The notes below the pieces were generated by a model. The model did no database searches. It worked only from the letters and a program-made list of their open reading frames with translations, and was not told where the DNA came from. From Octopus sinensis (lineage: Eukaryota), in NCBI RefSeq assembly GCF_006345805.1, contig NC_043016.1, positions 186,001-250,000 on the forward strand: 64,000 nt of DNA, given 5' to 3'. Positions 52,165-64,000 of this stretch are shown piece by piece (position 1 is the stretch's first letter; each line of letters starts with the position of its first letter). Both the position numbers and the translations under genes were made by a program.

Positions 52165-52639
52165 TATATGGTTATAGATATAGATATAGATTATATATAA
52201 TACTCATACACATATATTTTTACTTACCTACACTGGAATCTGCACTTCAGAAGTATTTGGAAAGTACCTTTATATATAAAGAACAAGTCTGAACAAACAA
52301 AAGCAGATTTTTTCACTATTATATTGTGCAATCTGCATACACAGCATAGATATCAGATGGAAAAAAAAACTATGCCCAGTTTGATAACCTAATACTGCCT
52401 GAGTATGCAAATAAGTTCATCCTAGCAAGGTACCTCAATTCAAGTACCTAATTCAACCGAATCTAAATAACATTTATATAAGTATATGCATGTGTATGTG
52501 TGTGTAGAGAGAGAGAAAGAGGGAGGGAGGGACAGACAGAAAGAAAAATGGATGGATGGATGGATGTATAGATAGATATATAGAGAGATAGATAAAGTAG
52601 AAGGATACATTTATTCATATGTAAATATGTTAACGTTTA

Positions 52640-52890
52640 TATATGTATGTGTGTATGTATGTGTGTATGTATGTACGTATGTATGTATGTATGTATGTAT
52701 GTATGTATGTATGTATGTGTGTGTGTGTGTATGTATATATGTATGTATGTATGTATGTATATATGTATGTATGTATGTACGTATGTATGTATGTATGTAT
52801 GTATGTATGTATGTATGTATGTATGTGTGTGTGTATGTATATATGTATGTACGTATGTATGTATGTATGTATGTATGTATGCGTGCGTGT
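52640..52890. repeat. (TATG)n microsatellite
   Basis: Direct reading. Confidence 0.95.
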
Positions 52891-53292
52891 GTCAGTGGAA
52901 GAGAAAAGAATGCATGCAGAAATTCATAAAATGACAAATCCTTGGTGAACGGAAGTTATAAACATATATTCATACCTAGAAACAGCTGAGAAAGAGGTAG
53001 CTAGGGTGGAGGGGTGCAAGGGTGGAAGCATTGAGTGTCAGTGACATTTTAAATATATATATATACACAGCAAACATACATAGATACATACATACATAAT
53101 GAGACATACACACACACATTCACATACATACATGTATATACATGTATGAATGTATATGTGTGTGTGGTGTATAGATATATATGATATGTGTGTGTGTTGT
53201 TGTGTGTGTGTATATATATATATGTATGTATGTATATATGTATATAGATATATATACACATATATACATATATACATACATATATATAATAT

Positions 53293-53324
<32 letters not shown>

Positions 53325-53508
53325 AAATAAATATAAGAGAGTGGTCACTATATTGCTCACTCTAGCACCAGTAATCCAAAAGGTTCAACCACGAAAATAC
53401 ATGTTTCCATGAAAGCCAGTACGACTAAGTGTATATGTATATATATATATATTATATATATAATATATATATATATAGTATAACTATATATATATATATA
53501 TATAAGTG

Positions 53509-53556
<48 letters not shown>

Positions 53557-53674
53557 TATATCTACTTTTTTAGGAGTTAAAAAACTTCGAGATGATCATA
53601 GAGGGACCATTGTTTCTGAACCTATAAAGTGCTTAGCAGTATAGGTTACTCATCAGAGCTAAAAGGCTGTAATA

Positions 53675-53855
53675 TCATCATCATCATCGTTTAACGTCCA
53701 TTTTCCGCACTAGCACGGGCTGGACGGTTCGACCAGGGTCTGGGAAGCCAGGGGCTGCACCAGGCTCCAGTCTGATCTGGCAGTGTTTCAACAGCTGGAT
53801 GCCCTTCCTAACGCCAACCACTCCGCGAGTGTAGTGGTGCTTTTTATGTGCCACT

Positions 53856-53860
<5 letters not shown>
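53675..53860 (-). mobile_element. RTE 3'UTR copy
   Basis: (CAT)n CGTTTAACGTCC..CAGCTGGATGCCCTTCCTAACGCCAACC. Confidence 0.7.
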
Positions 53861-53900
<40 letters not shown>

Positions 53901-53953
53901 GAAATATTAAAATTACTAAGTCTCTCTAAAAGAGACAACGGCAGCGTTCTCGG

Positions 53954-54034
53954 AAAATAATAGTTATCACCATACTAATATGGCATTCTTATAAAATAAG
54001 AATGCCATATTAGTATGGCGATAACTATTATTTT
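53954..54034. repeat. 81-bp near-perfect hairpin
   Basis: AAAATAATAGTTATCACCATACTAATATGGCATTCTTA / TAAGAATGCCATATTAGTATGGCGATAACTATTATTTT. Confidence 0.8.
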
Positions 54035-54599
54035 ATATATATATATATATGTATGTATGTATGTATGTATATGTATATGTATATGTATATCTATCTATCT
54101 ATGATGGCTGTCCACTTGTGACTGAGGAAGACCTTGGCTAATCTTCATGAACATTGTGCGCTCTAGGATTAACTTATATTATGCCTTTGCATCTCCGCTG
54201 GTGGCTAGTGAGCCCTGCTATTGACAAGCATACATGACTGCAAACATTGCAAACCAAGCTTTCCCCATTCACCACACGAGCAGTGCACTTTTGAGCAGCA
54301 CGCTTAAGTTTTTCATGCAGAATACATGCTCTCTCAAAGGTGTTGACTCCCTCCTAAACCTACCTGCTTCCTCCATCTGTGGCGATGACAGGCATTGCTC
54401 TCCCAGTCAGTCTTCTGCGTATCACATACATATATACAAATATATATATATACATATGTAAGTAGGTATACACGTATTTATATCTGTGTGTATATATTTA
54501 TAAATATATACACATGTAGTTATACATATGTTTTTGTATATATATATATATTGAAATCAATGCACTCTTTGTGATTGCCTACATGTTTGTTAGTCAGGC

Positions 54600-54830
54600 T
54601 GTCAGCTTCCAACCAATTTACTGAACTTCTACAGAATATCTACCAGTGAAAAAGTACCTCCATTGCCCCTCATTTTTGCTCTGTTGCCCATTCCACTACA
54701 CACTATCCTGTCCTCAGCCTAACCTTGCACCATGAATCCACCATCATCAGACTTCACCTTGAACAGTGCTATATCTTCACTCTCCAAACCCATATACCAA
54801 ATAGATTGAACACTCCCACTCCATCCAGTA
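54600..54830 (+). mobile_element. PLE GIY-YIG C-terminal remnant
   Basis: SIAPHF..HS..RLHLEQCYIFTLQTHIPNRLN. Followed by a CA-rich tract and CTGATGAAG at ~55517. Confidence 0.6.
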
Positions 54831-55569
54831 ACATCTTCCACATACATTTTTAAAAGCTTTTTTAATTTTATTTTTGTTTTAATTTTAATTGTTTTTCAAT
54901 TTAAATTATTCTAAATTTTAATTCATCTTCCCCACACTTCTGCACATCCATATCCTGGTATGTACAAAAAAACTCTTTCACACATACCAAAACACATGCA
55001 CACACGAATGCACAGAGACACATACATGCACACATATACATATACATACATATACAAACATACATATACACACATGCACTCACACACACATGTGCACACA
55101 CAAAAATATACATATACACACAGCAACACCAATGTACTCACACACTTATCACCTTACCTGTCACACCCCCACCCATTCACATGCAAGCATACACACACAC
55201 ACACACATTCAACACAAACACAAACACTCACCTGTACATGCACACTCGCACACTCTCAGACATACATACACACACAGCACTACTAATGCATTCACACACT
55301 TATCACCTGACACCACCAAATCTAACTGTGGGCACTAACCTGTCCACACCTCCCACTTATGCATAAACACAACACACACACACACACACACTGACCATTT
55401 TTGCACTCTCCTGCCTCAAAAAACCATTTTCTCCATTTCTCTCCACCCCCCCCCCCAGTCACTCCAGCCATATAACCACACTTGTGCTTTTCTTGAACTT
55501 TTTTCTTTTGCTCCAGACCTTTCTTCTCTTCACTTTCTGATGAAGTGCCATGCTTGAATGGTTATACAC

Positions 55570-56022
55570 CCATTCTTGACTGGCATCCGTGCTAGTGGAA
55601 CACTGAGAGCACCATCCAAGCGTGATCATTGCCAGAGCAGCTGACTGGCTTCCGTGCTGGTAGCACCGTTCAAGAGTCATCATTACCAGCATTGCCTTAC
55701 TGGCACTTGTGCCAATGGCATGTGAAAAAACATTCGAGCGAGGCCATTGCCAGTGCTGCTAGACTGGCTCCTGTGCAGCTGGCATGTAAAAAACACCATT
55801 TTTTGTTGCCAGTACTGCCTCACTAGCCCTTGTGCCGGTGGCACATAAAAGCACCTACTACACTCTCAGAGTGGTTGGTGTTAGGAAGGGCATCCGGCTG
55901 CAGAAACTCTGCCAGATCAGATTGGAGTCTGGTGCAGCCATCTGGTTTGCCAGTCCTTAGTCAAATCGTCCAACCCATGCTAGCATGGAAAGCAGATGTT
56001 AAACGATAATGATGATGATGAT
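55570..56022 (+). mobile_element. RTE 3'UTR copy
   Basis: Tandem units and the tail GCTAGCATGGAAAGCAGATGTTAAAC. Confidence 0.7.
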
Positions 56023-56061
56023 TTAATACTGAGCAGCAAGCTAATATATTCCATATACATC

Positions 56062-56161
56062 NNNNNNNNNNNNNNNNNNNNNNNNNNNNNNNNNNNNNNN
56101 NNNNNNNNNNNNNNNNNNNNNNNNNNNNNNNNNNNNNNNNNNNNNNNNNNNNNNNNNNNNN
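56062..56161. other. Assembly gap (100 N)
   Basis: Run of n. Confidence 1.
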
Positions 56162-56687
56162 TAGTGGCTAGTGATCTATCATGGCAAATATATATATATA
56201 TATGTGTGCGTGTGTGTATACATACACATACACATTGGTAAGTTGTCATTCAAAGATTTGGTTGTTGGGTTGTTGTTTCTTGTATGCTGAACGACCACAT
56301 AGCTTCTCAGTACTTCATTGGTTTGATACCGAGAGGATGAATAGATAAATATGTAGTTGTAAGTTCTGGGCTGTGCATGTGTGTGTATGTTGATGATTTT
56401 AAAAAGACTGGATATTGTTGGTGCAGTCGTGACTACATGGTATGATGTTTGCCTTCCTGATCACATGGTTTTTGACTTCAGTCCCACTGTGTGACACTTT
56501 GGGGCAACCATCTTCTGCTGTAGCCCCGGGCCGACTAAAGCCACATGAGTGGACATGATGTAAGGATTCAGTAAATAAAAATGAAGCTTTCTTGTGTTTG
56601 TAGGATTCTGTAAATATGTAAGTATAAAATCCAATTTAAACTATAGATCTGATTCCAGAGTTGGTTCCTGGTGTGGGTGTGTGTCGG

Positions 56688-57050
56688 CATCATCATCATC
56701 ATCGTTAAATGTCCGTTTTCCATGCTAGCATGGGTTGGACGATTTGACTGAGGGCTGGCAAACCAGATGGCTGCACTAGGTCCCAATCTTGATCTGGCAG
56801 AGTTTCTACAGCTGGATGCCCTTCCTAACGCCAACCACTCCGAGAGTGTAGTGGGTGCTTTTTACGTGCCACTGACACAGGGCCAGTCAGGCGGTACTGG
56901 CAACGATCTCGCTCGAATCTTTTACACATGCTACCGGCACAGGTGCCAGTAAGGCGACGTTGGTAACGATCACGCTCAAATGGTACCTTTTATGTGCCAC
57001 CGGCATGGAAGCCAGTTGGCTGCTCTGGCAACGATCATGCTTGGATAGTG
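56688..57050 (-). mobile_element. RTE 3'UTR copy
   Basis: Same family consensus. Confidence 0.7.
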
Positions 57051-57549
57051 CTCTTATACACACACCTATGTACATATAAATGCTGTGTATGTGTTTGTGT
57101 TTTGTCTGAATATTATTTGGTCTGAATTGTAAACATTCAAGATACAAATGAGATGATGCTGGTAATGATAACAGTGGTGGTGATGATGGCTGTTCATTCT
57201 ATTTGAGATACACTCATACAAAGCTACATACTTATATATATAAGTATACATACATACAAAGCTACATACATACATATATACATACATCTTTATATATATA
57301 TAATACAAATAAGAAAATGGAGAAACAAATTTAGTTTGTTCATCAACTTTCGGATATTAGAATGTTGGATTATTTATTCATTTAACAAAATGAGAACCTC
57401 AATAGCATACATATATATTTTATAATTCAATACATATAAGATAAGAATACAAATTATAAAAGTCTGAATATACATTAATGAAATCATTAAAATCACTTCT
57501 TACAGCTGTTTCAGCCTGTGGCTAAAAGTATATATATATATATATATAT

Positions 57550-58020
57550 CCTTTTACCATTTAAATTAGCCATATCTGGTCCAGATATTTTGTGTTAAAT
57601 TGAGACTGGCCAGATCTGGCCTCTTACACGTGCCCTACTATGTCATTCTAAAAAGAAACAATCACACCATTGAAATGTCAAAGCTACAAGATAATGAATG
57701 ATTAATTCAAATCAATATCAATGAAAAAGTATTTATTACATTTGACGAAGTAATCTGAATGCTAAATGGTTATGCATAAACACACATATACCTACCTATC
57801 CCTTCAGCGTTTAACCTGTCCATACCTGTCCCAAATATTATACCTGTTTTATGTCGAAACTGGCCAGAGCTGGTCTTTTATACTGCCCTTACAATGTCAT
57901 TCTAAAAGATAAACAATCATATTCTTGAAATCTCGAAGCGATGAGATAACACATGATTAATTCAAGACAATGTGAATAAACATTACATTTAATAGAATAA
58001 GTTGAATGATAAAGAGTTAA
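57550..58020. mobile_element. Two adjacent family E MITEs (57550-57772 and 57799-58020)
   Basis: Same body (GCCAGATCTGG..CTACAATGTCATTCTAAAA..CAAGATAATGAATGATTAATTCAA). Ends are degenerate GGTTA and GAGTTAA. Confidence 0.65.
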
Positions 58021-58026
58021 GATATC

Positions 58027-58491
58027 TGGAAACTGGTTCATTCAATTAACCCTTTTGTTACCATATTTCTGTTGAGATGCTCTGAGTTTCTTTCAATTAA
58101 TTTTAAATATAACAAAGAATTTAGTAAAATAACTTGGTTATCATTCAGCTAGTGTTAGGAACATAAATTGTGACTAAGGTCTGGTGGAAAACAAGGTATT
58201 TGTACTTAGAGCCAGAACCGGTTTCAGCCAGGTTGGTATCAAAAGGGTTAAATTAATCATTTGTTAACCCTTTTCTTACCATATTTCTGTTGAGATGCTC
58301 TGAGTTTCTTTCAATTATTTTAAATATAACAAAGAATTTAGTAAAATAACTTGTTTATCATTAAGCTGGTGTTAGGTACATAAATTGTGACTAAAATTTG
58401 GTAGAAGATTTTAATTCAAAACTTATGAAAACAAGGTATTTGTACCCAGAACCAGAGCTGTTTTCAGCTGGTTTGGTAACAAAAGGGTTAA
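58027..58491. mobile_element. Two tandem copies of a second TTAA MITE family (58027-58250 and 58265-58491)
   Basis: TTAACCCTTTT..TTACCATATTTCTGTTGAGATGC ... AAAAGGGTTAA at both copies. Confidence 0.75.
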
Positions 58492-58789
58492 GCTAAAACA
58501 AGATGTGTTGAAAAACTGTCTTTTGAATAAACAAGATACCATTATTGTGCATGCTTTCATCCTGCCTGCTTATTCCTTTGACAATTCCATGTATTTTATT
58601 CTGTTTGCCAACAAAGATGATAGGGACATGATATTGTATTTAAAAATAGCTTCCACAATAATTTTTAGAAGCACCACATTTCACAGTACTATTTTTGTTT
58701 GTGTCTACATATGCTGTCATATGGAAACTGATACAAAATACACTATCATACACATACACTCACCGACAAGCGGTCAACAAATATACAGA

Positions 58790-59110
58790 CAATAATCACA
58801 TTAATCAGAATTTCCATTGTACATCATCTAACCATTTATATTGCATCGTATGCAAAACTTTGCGGCACCCATTGCATTGGAGAAATAGCCTGATGTACTG
58901 CCCATTACTTTTTGAGAGCGTATTTGAAATAAACAACATATGCTAAGACAACCTGTCACCACCCACATCAATTCTACGTGCCAACCGATCACTCACTTAT
59001 CAGTGTGCAGCATTGCTGCACACCATGGATTCACATTCTCAAGGAAACAGAGGGAACAACGCTTTATATTCAAACTTGGCACGATGTCACTGGCAGGTTT
59101 AAATAAACAT
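58790..59110 (+). mobile_element. PLE GIY-YIG fragment
   Basis: FHCTSSNHLYCIVCK, CG..CIGE, PV..H.NS, RKQREQRFIFKLGTMSLAGLN. Confidence 0.8.
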
Positions 59111-60439
59111 TTTTGTTTACTTCCTTCTACTCTTGTAAATCCTCTTACTTCATTAAATCGTTTCTTATTCTTTGACTCCCCTCCATTACTCTTACTTCTT
59201 TCCATTTCTCTTTCCTTTCTCCTTGCTACACTGCTTCTCCTACCATTTCTTGTACCTGTATGAAGCTCACATGACCCTGCGTTCCTCATCGGCTGCAGCC
59301 ACTTTTTCTTTTTTTAAACTTAGTTTCGACATAAAACAGGTATAATATTTGGGACAGGTATGGACAGGTTAAACGCTGAAGGGATAGGTATATGTGTTTA
59401 TGCATAACTATTTAGCATTCAGATTACTTAGTCAAATGTAATAAATACTTTTAACTTAGAGGAAGTAAAACTCTACTGCTTCTCATTTATTTCTCTTTTT
59501 CCAACTTCTTCCTGAAGAAAGACACTCCGAAACACTGGATTTTCCCCTCCTCATAGCAAGTCCACTGTCAATTTTTTTATCACTTTATTTGGAGTCTGAT
59601 AAAATATGTCAACAGCTGTAAGAGCCTGATAAACTCATATATACAATCAGGAAAACAAACACACACAAACATACATACACACACAACGGCAACATCACAT
59701 GCAACACACAACATATACACACACCACACTACAGGACACACACACACCACAGGCACACTCACATGCAACACACACATACACACCACACACACTACAGGAC
59801 ACACACACACACCACAGGCACACTCACATGCAACACACACATACACACCACACACACACACACCACAGGGCACACGCAGTTCAACAAAACAAGACCGATA
59901 GAGAAAATTCCAAGTTTAAAATAAGTAGTGGGACAGATTTGTTCGACTGAATCTTTCAAGGCACTACCCCAGCATGGCCACAGTTGAATGACTGAAACAG
60001 ATAAAAGATTAAAGATACACATGCACATTATGCTATTCGTATTGTGACTAAACCTGTAGCATGAACATGATTATAAAGAATCATTGATGTTAAATCTAAT
60101 TCTTATAGATTTGTTAATAGCTGATACCAATCAGCTTGTTCGTAATCAATACATTCTTAATTATATATATTCTTAATTATATATGCTGTAAATACATTTT
60201 CTGCTAATGAAAAACAAACTAAAAATGAGAAAGAAGTAAAAATTGTTGATAGCCTTTATCCTTCACTTTCTTGTTTTAGTCACTTGCCTGCGGCCATGCT
60301 AGTGCAACACCTTGAAGGATTTTTGTCAAACAAATTGACTCCAGTACTTATTTTCAAAGCTTGATACTTATTCTATCAGTGTCTCATGCTGAGCCACTAA
60401 GTTATAAGGACATAAACAAACCAAGATTGTCTTTAGGTC

Positions 60440-61080
60440 TGCAGTGACCATAGTTGGGAACAGGTAACTGAAAACGAATGATCTCCATTGAAGTAGCATT
60501 GTATCCTTTTCCTTTCCGAAAGATCTATGCAGTGGCATCCAGTTTGGCGGTTGATATAGCTTTTGATCCCAAAGCTGAGAGCTAGACCTTTGTGGACCTT
60601 CCATATACAATTGACTGCATGTCTTTCACATCTTCTGTCTAGGGAATAGAGGCACAGTTCTATTAAGCTTCTCCCAGTTGCACATCTGTTGTACTGAGGC
60701 TTTCTTCTTTGTGTAGTGACCTTAGATTGCCTTGAGTCCTGCTGTTAGCTTGACCCCTATAACCTCAAAATAACCACAGTTTAGAGAATAGTTTAGGCAA
60801 CTGAGAACAAATCTTCTCCATAAAAGTAGGATGATATACTTTTTCCTTCTCTTGGAACTCTGCTGTGGTGTCCAGTTTGGTGGTTGGTATAGCTTTCAGT
60901 TCCAAAGTTGGGAGGCAGACAAATATTCCCCATTGTAGTAGCATCATATCCAATTCCCTTGTTCAGAATGCTCTCAGAATCCAACCAGCCACTCATCTGC
61001 ATAGTGTTGCAATCTTGATGATATGCACATGGAATGATGCACCATTGCTCCTGTAGTTTCCCAGGTCACGCACCAATGTT
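60440..61080 (-). mobile_element. Degenerate CR1/L2-group LINE 3' fragment, internally rearranged
   Basis: Across frames: VRDLG, FHVHI, GWILRAF, LYSLDRRCER, IWKVHKGL. Confidence 0.5.
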
Positions 61081-61407
61081 TACAATTTTTTTTATTAATT
61101 TGTTGTTTCTAATTTTTGGTCTTTTTTTTTAAAAATTCTCTTTTGTATTATATATATTTATTTTTAACAAAAATACTCACATCAGATATATCTCATTAAC
61201 TGATTAAATTCAGATCGATATAAACAAACCAATTCTCATCTGCCGACTTAGACACAAGTCTTTATTATAAAATTACCAAATTGAATTCATATTAAAAAAA
61301 AAAAACATTTAAGGGGCCTTTGTTGTTTTTATTTTGTTTGTTTTCTTTACAAAGCTGCTTTAGAACAATTTGAAATCATCATCATCATCATCATCATTTT
61401 TATTATT

Positions 61408-61880
61408 GAGTGAGAGAATGGCACATACCATCAAAGTGATACTGGGGTACAAATATATGAAACCCAATATACCCATCATGGCTACCTGTCTGATAAGGGT
61501 ACATCAGGCACATGCATCAAAGCTGTATGTGCATGACATACTGACCTCATATCAAGATAAACAGTGCATGACCTTGCAGGTGGGAGTCAGCTGGAATTTT
61601 CTTCAGGTCAAGTAGCCCATTCCACTCAAAAGGTCCCCAAATAAAAGTTGTTCAAAGATGATAAATGAAACACCTGTATTTCCAGAAGCAGATTATTCAA
61701 ACTTCAAAGAATCCCTCTCAACACATGACTATTATGCTCTCCGACTACTTCTGCTCATAAGCAGAGGTGCACATATCGTCGGCCATCAAGGGACATGATC
61801 AGTTGGTTAAGGTCAAACAGCTGACAAGTAAATCTGTGGTATTAAGCAGAATATTTGCTGTAGCCCATCTTTTGCACCAA
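61408..61880 (-). mobile_element. Family D, truncated and diverged copy
   Basis: Same left end after TTATTATT. Right end is missing. Confidence 0.75.
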
Positions 61881-62179
61881 CACAGGTGGTCGCAGGGGCG
61901 AGAGCGAACACCCTTGCAGCTTTTTAATAAGGGAATCTGAAGAAAGAAATGCTGTTTGATTGAGAGAACAATTTCCCAGAGCAGCACTACAGAAAAAAAA
62001 GGGCCACAAAAGGAAGGGAGTTTTGTGTATTTAGAATATGATCTTGTTTATTATATATTGGCTCACTTATTTTATACAAGCTGGCCAAAATAAACTAGTA
62101 AACAAGGTAACACCAAGAAAATTCAAACTAAATATCTGTTAATATTTATTTCAGATAAAAAAAATAACAAAAAGCAATC

Positions 62180-62540
62180 ATCATCATTATCATCATCATC
62201 ATCATCATCGTTTAACGTCTGTTTTCCATGCTAGCATGGGTTGGACGGTTTGACCGGGGTCTGGGAAGCCAGGAGGCTGCACCAGGCCCAGTCTGATCTG
62301 GCAGTGTTTCTACAGCTGGATGCCCTTCCTAACGCCAACCACTTCGTGAGTGTAGTGGGTGCTTTTTATGTGCCACTGGCACAGGTACCAGGCGAGGCTG
62401 GCAACGGCCACGATCGGTTGTTGCTTTTTACGTGCCACCAGCACAGAGGCCAGTCGAGGCGGCGCTGGCAACGGCCACATTTGGATGGGTCTTTTACATG
62501 CCACCAGCACTGGTATCACAACTACAATTTCCATTGATTT
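62180..62540 (-). mobile_element. RTE 3'UTR copy
   Basis: Same family consensus. Confidence 0.7.
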
Positions 62541-62582
62541 TTTTTATCGATTTTGATAAAAAATCAATATGAATAAGTAAAG

Positions 62583-62935
62583 GGGTTGCTGTGTGGTAAG
62601 AAATTGGCTTCCTAACCACAAGGTTCCATGTTCAATCCCACTGTGTGGTACCTTGGGCAAGTGTATTCTATAGCCCTGGGCTGACTAAAGCCTTGTGAGT
62701 GAATCTGGTTGACAGAAACTGAAAGAAGCCTGTTGTTTGTGTTTGTTTACCACCACCATTTGACATCTGGTGTTGGTGTGTTTACATCCATGAAACTTAG
62801 TAGTTAGGCAAAAGCTACCATTACAATAAAAAAAAAAAGGGAACATATTGGGGTTGATTTGTGTAACTAAACCTTTCAAAGCAGTGCCTCAGTATGGCTG
62901 CTGTCCAATGACTGAAACTAGTAAAAGATAAAAGA
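62583..62935 (+). mobile_element. SINE family B, decayed
   Basis: Same consensus. Further partial copies at ~4415, 5240, 5490, 10765, 13750, 21440, 28350, 28700, 39080, 47405, 51130, 56440, 59900 and 60270. Confidence 0.7.
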
Positions 62936-64000
62936 TGGAATAACTAAATATATGTGTGTTGATGATGGATCCTCTGTTAATAACAAGCACTAGTATTCTG
63001 TTTTATAGTCATTTGACTTAATTATTCATTAAATCAATGAGTGATTAACTGAGTAATTCCACATGTGCATCCTCAGGTGTGTGCATACTGTAGTCACCTG
63101 ACTATTCCTCGCTGATTTATCCATAAGTTTCTGGTGCAGTCAGTATAAAATGATGCGTGTGACTGAATGCTTATCAATGACATCAATAGAAAGCCCCTTA
63201 CTCCTCTACCCCTACACATGGTGGAAATCAATTCTTGATTGAATAAGACCGTTTCCTTGACCCACTTCACTCAAAGAAACATGACATTTGGTCACCCCAT
63301 CGATGATGATGTCTCATATGGTCCCCGAGGCCTACTGGTCATTTTACACCAATGACAAATTAGCCTTCCAGCAACTGGCTATCTTAGTGTTGTTGAGACC
63401 TACAGTGCTGAGTGAGTCCACTGGATGACCCCTACCCCACACACACACACTCTGCTGCTCAAGGTGCATGAGAGATCATGCCAAATGTCATATGGGTTGA
63501 TGAAGATTCCTCCTTGGCTGTGCATATGGTTGAATAGGTTGCTTTTGAGAAGCAGTTATGTCCACACTGGTCACATGAAAGAGACTCTTCCATGCCCCTC
63601 TCAGGAAGAGGATTCATATCCTGCATATATCTACCTGCGATTTTCAACTCAGTGTGTGCAACCATATTCTTTTTGAATTCTTTTACATCAGTAGCAACCA
63701 AATTCCTAGTTGACCTTGGTGGAATTTGAACTCAGAACATAAAGACGGAAGAAATGTCATGAAGCATTTTGCCCAGCATGCTAATGATTTGGCCAACTTG
63801 ACACCTTAATGATAATAATAATGATTTCAAATTTTGGTGCAATGCCAGCAATTTTAGGGGAGTGGTGTATCAATTACATCAACCCCAGTGCTCAACTAGT
63901 ATTTAATTTATCAACCCCGAAAGGATGAAAAGCAAAGTTGACCCCCAGAGGAGTTTGAACTTGGAATGTAATAATAATAATAATAATAATAAACAAATAA

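Noticed and set aside
55980-56249. ORFs spanning the N run
   Set aside because: Artefacts of the assembly gap.
63180-63700. Possible L1/Tx1 RT remnant
   Set aside because: GC-richer unique-looking sequence, but no diagnostic motif could be read in any frame.

Overview
AT-rich, repeat-saturated eukaryotic non-coding DNA with one 100-N scaffold gap (56062-56161). The SINE, RTE-LINE and microsatellite content strongly suggests an octopus (cephalopod) genome; this is inferred from family resemblance, not a search. I found no intact host protein-coding gene, and nearly all listed ORFs are translations of microsatellites or repeats. What can be supported: (1) decayed retroelements, namely several Penelope-like element (PLE) RT and GIY-YIG fragments, an RTE LINE RT block with many RTE 3' ends, an R4/Dong-type restriction-like-endonuclease LINE end and a CR1-group remnant; (2) three mariner transposase remnants, piggyBac-type TTAA MITEs and a 590-bp foldback element with an 8-bp TSD; (3) at least four tRNA-derived SINE families and a 557-bp (TAA)n-associated element; (4) a low-confidence set of minus-strand exon-like segments. 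The most striking signal is a recurrent hammerhead-ribozyme (HHR) motif, CUGANGA-stem-GAAA. It occurs in short fold-back elements lodged in (TA)n tracts, in PLE tails and in the tail of a tRNA-headed SINE. One copy (5808-5865) forms a complete type I hammerhead on paper, and two families carry apparently family-wide core variants. All coordinates were read by eye and repeat boundaries are approximate.
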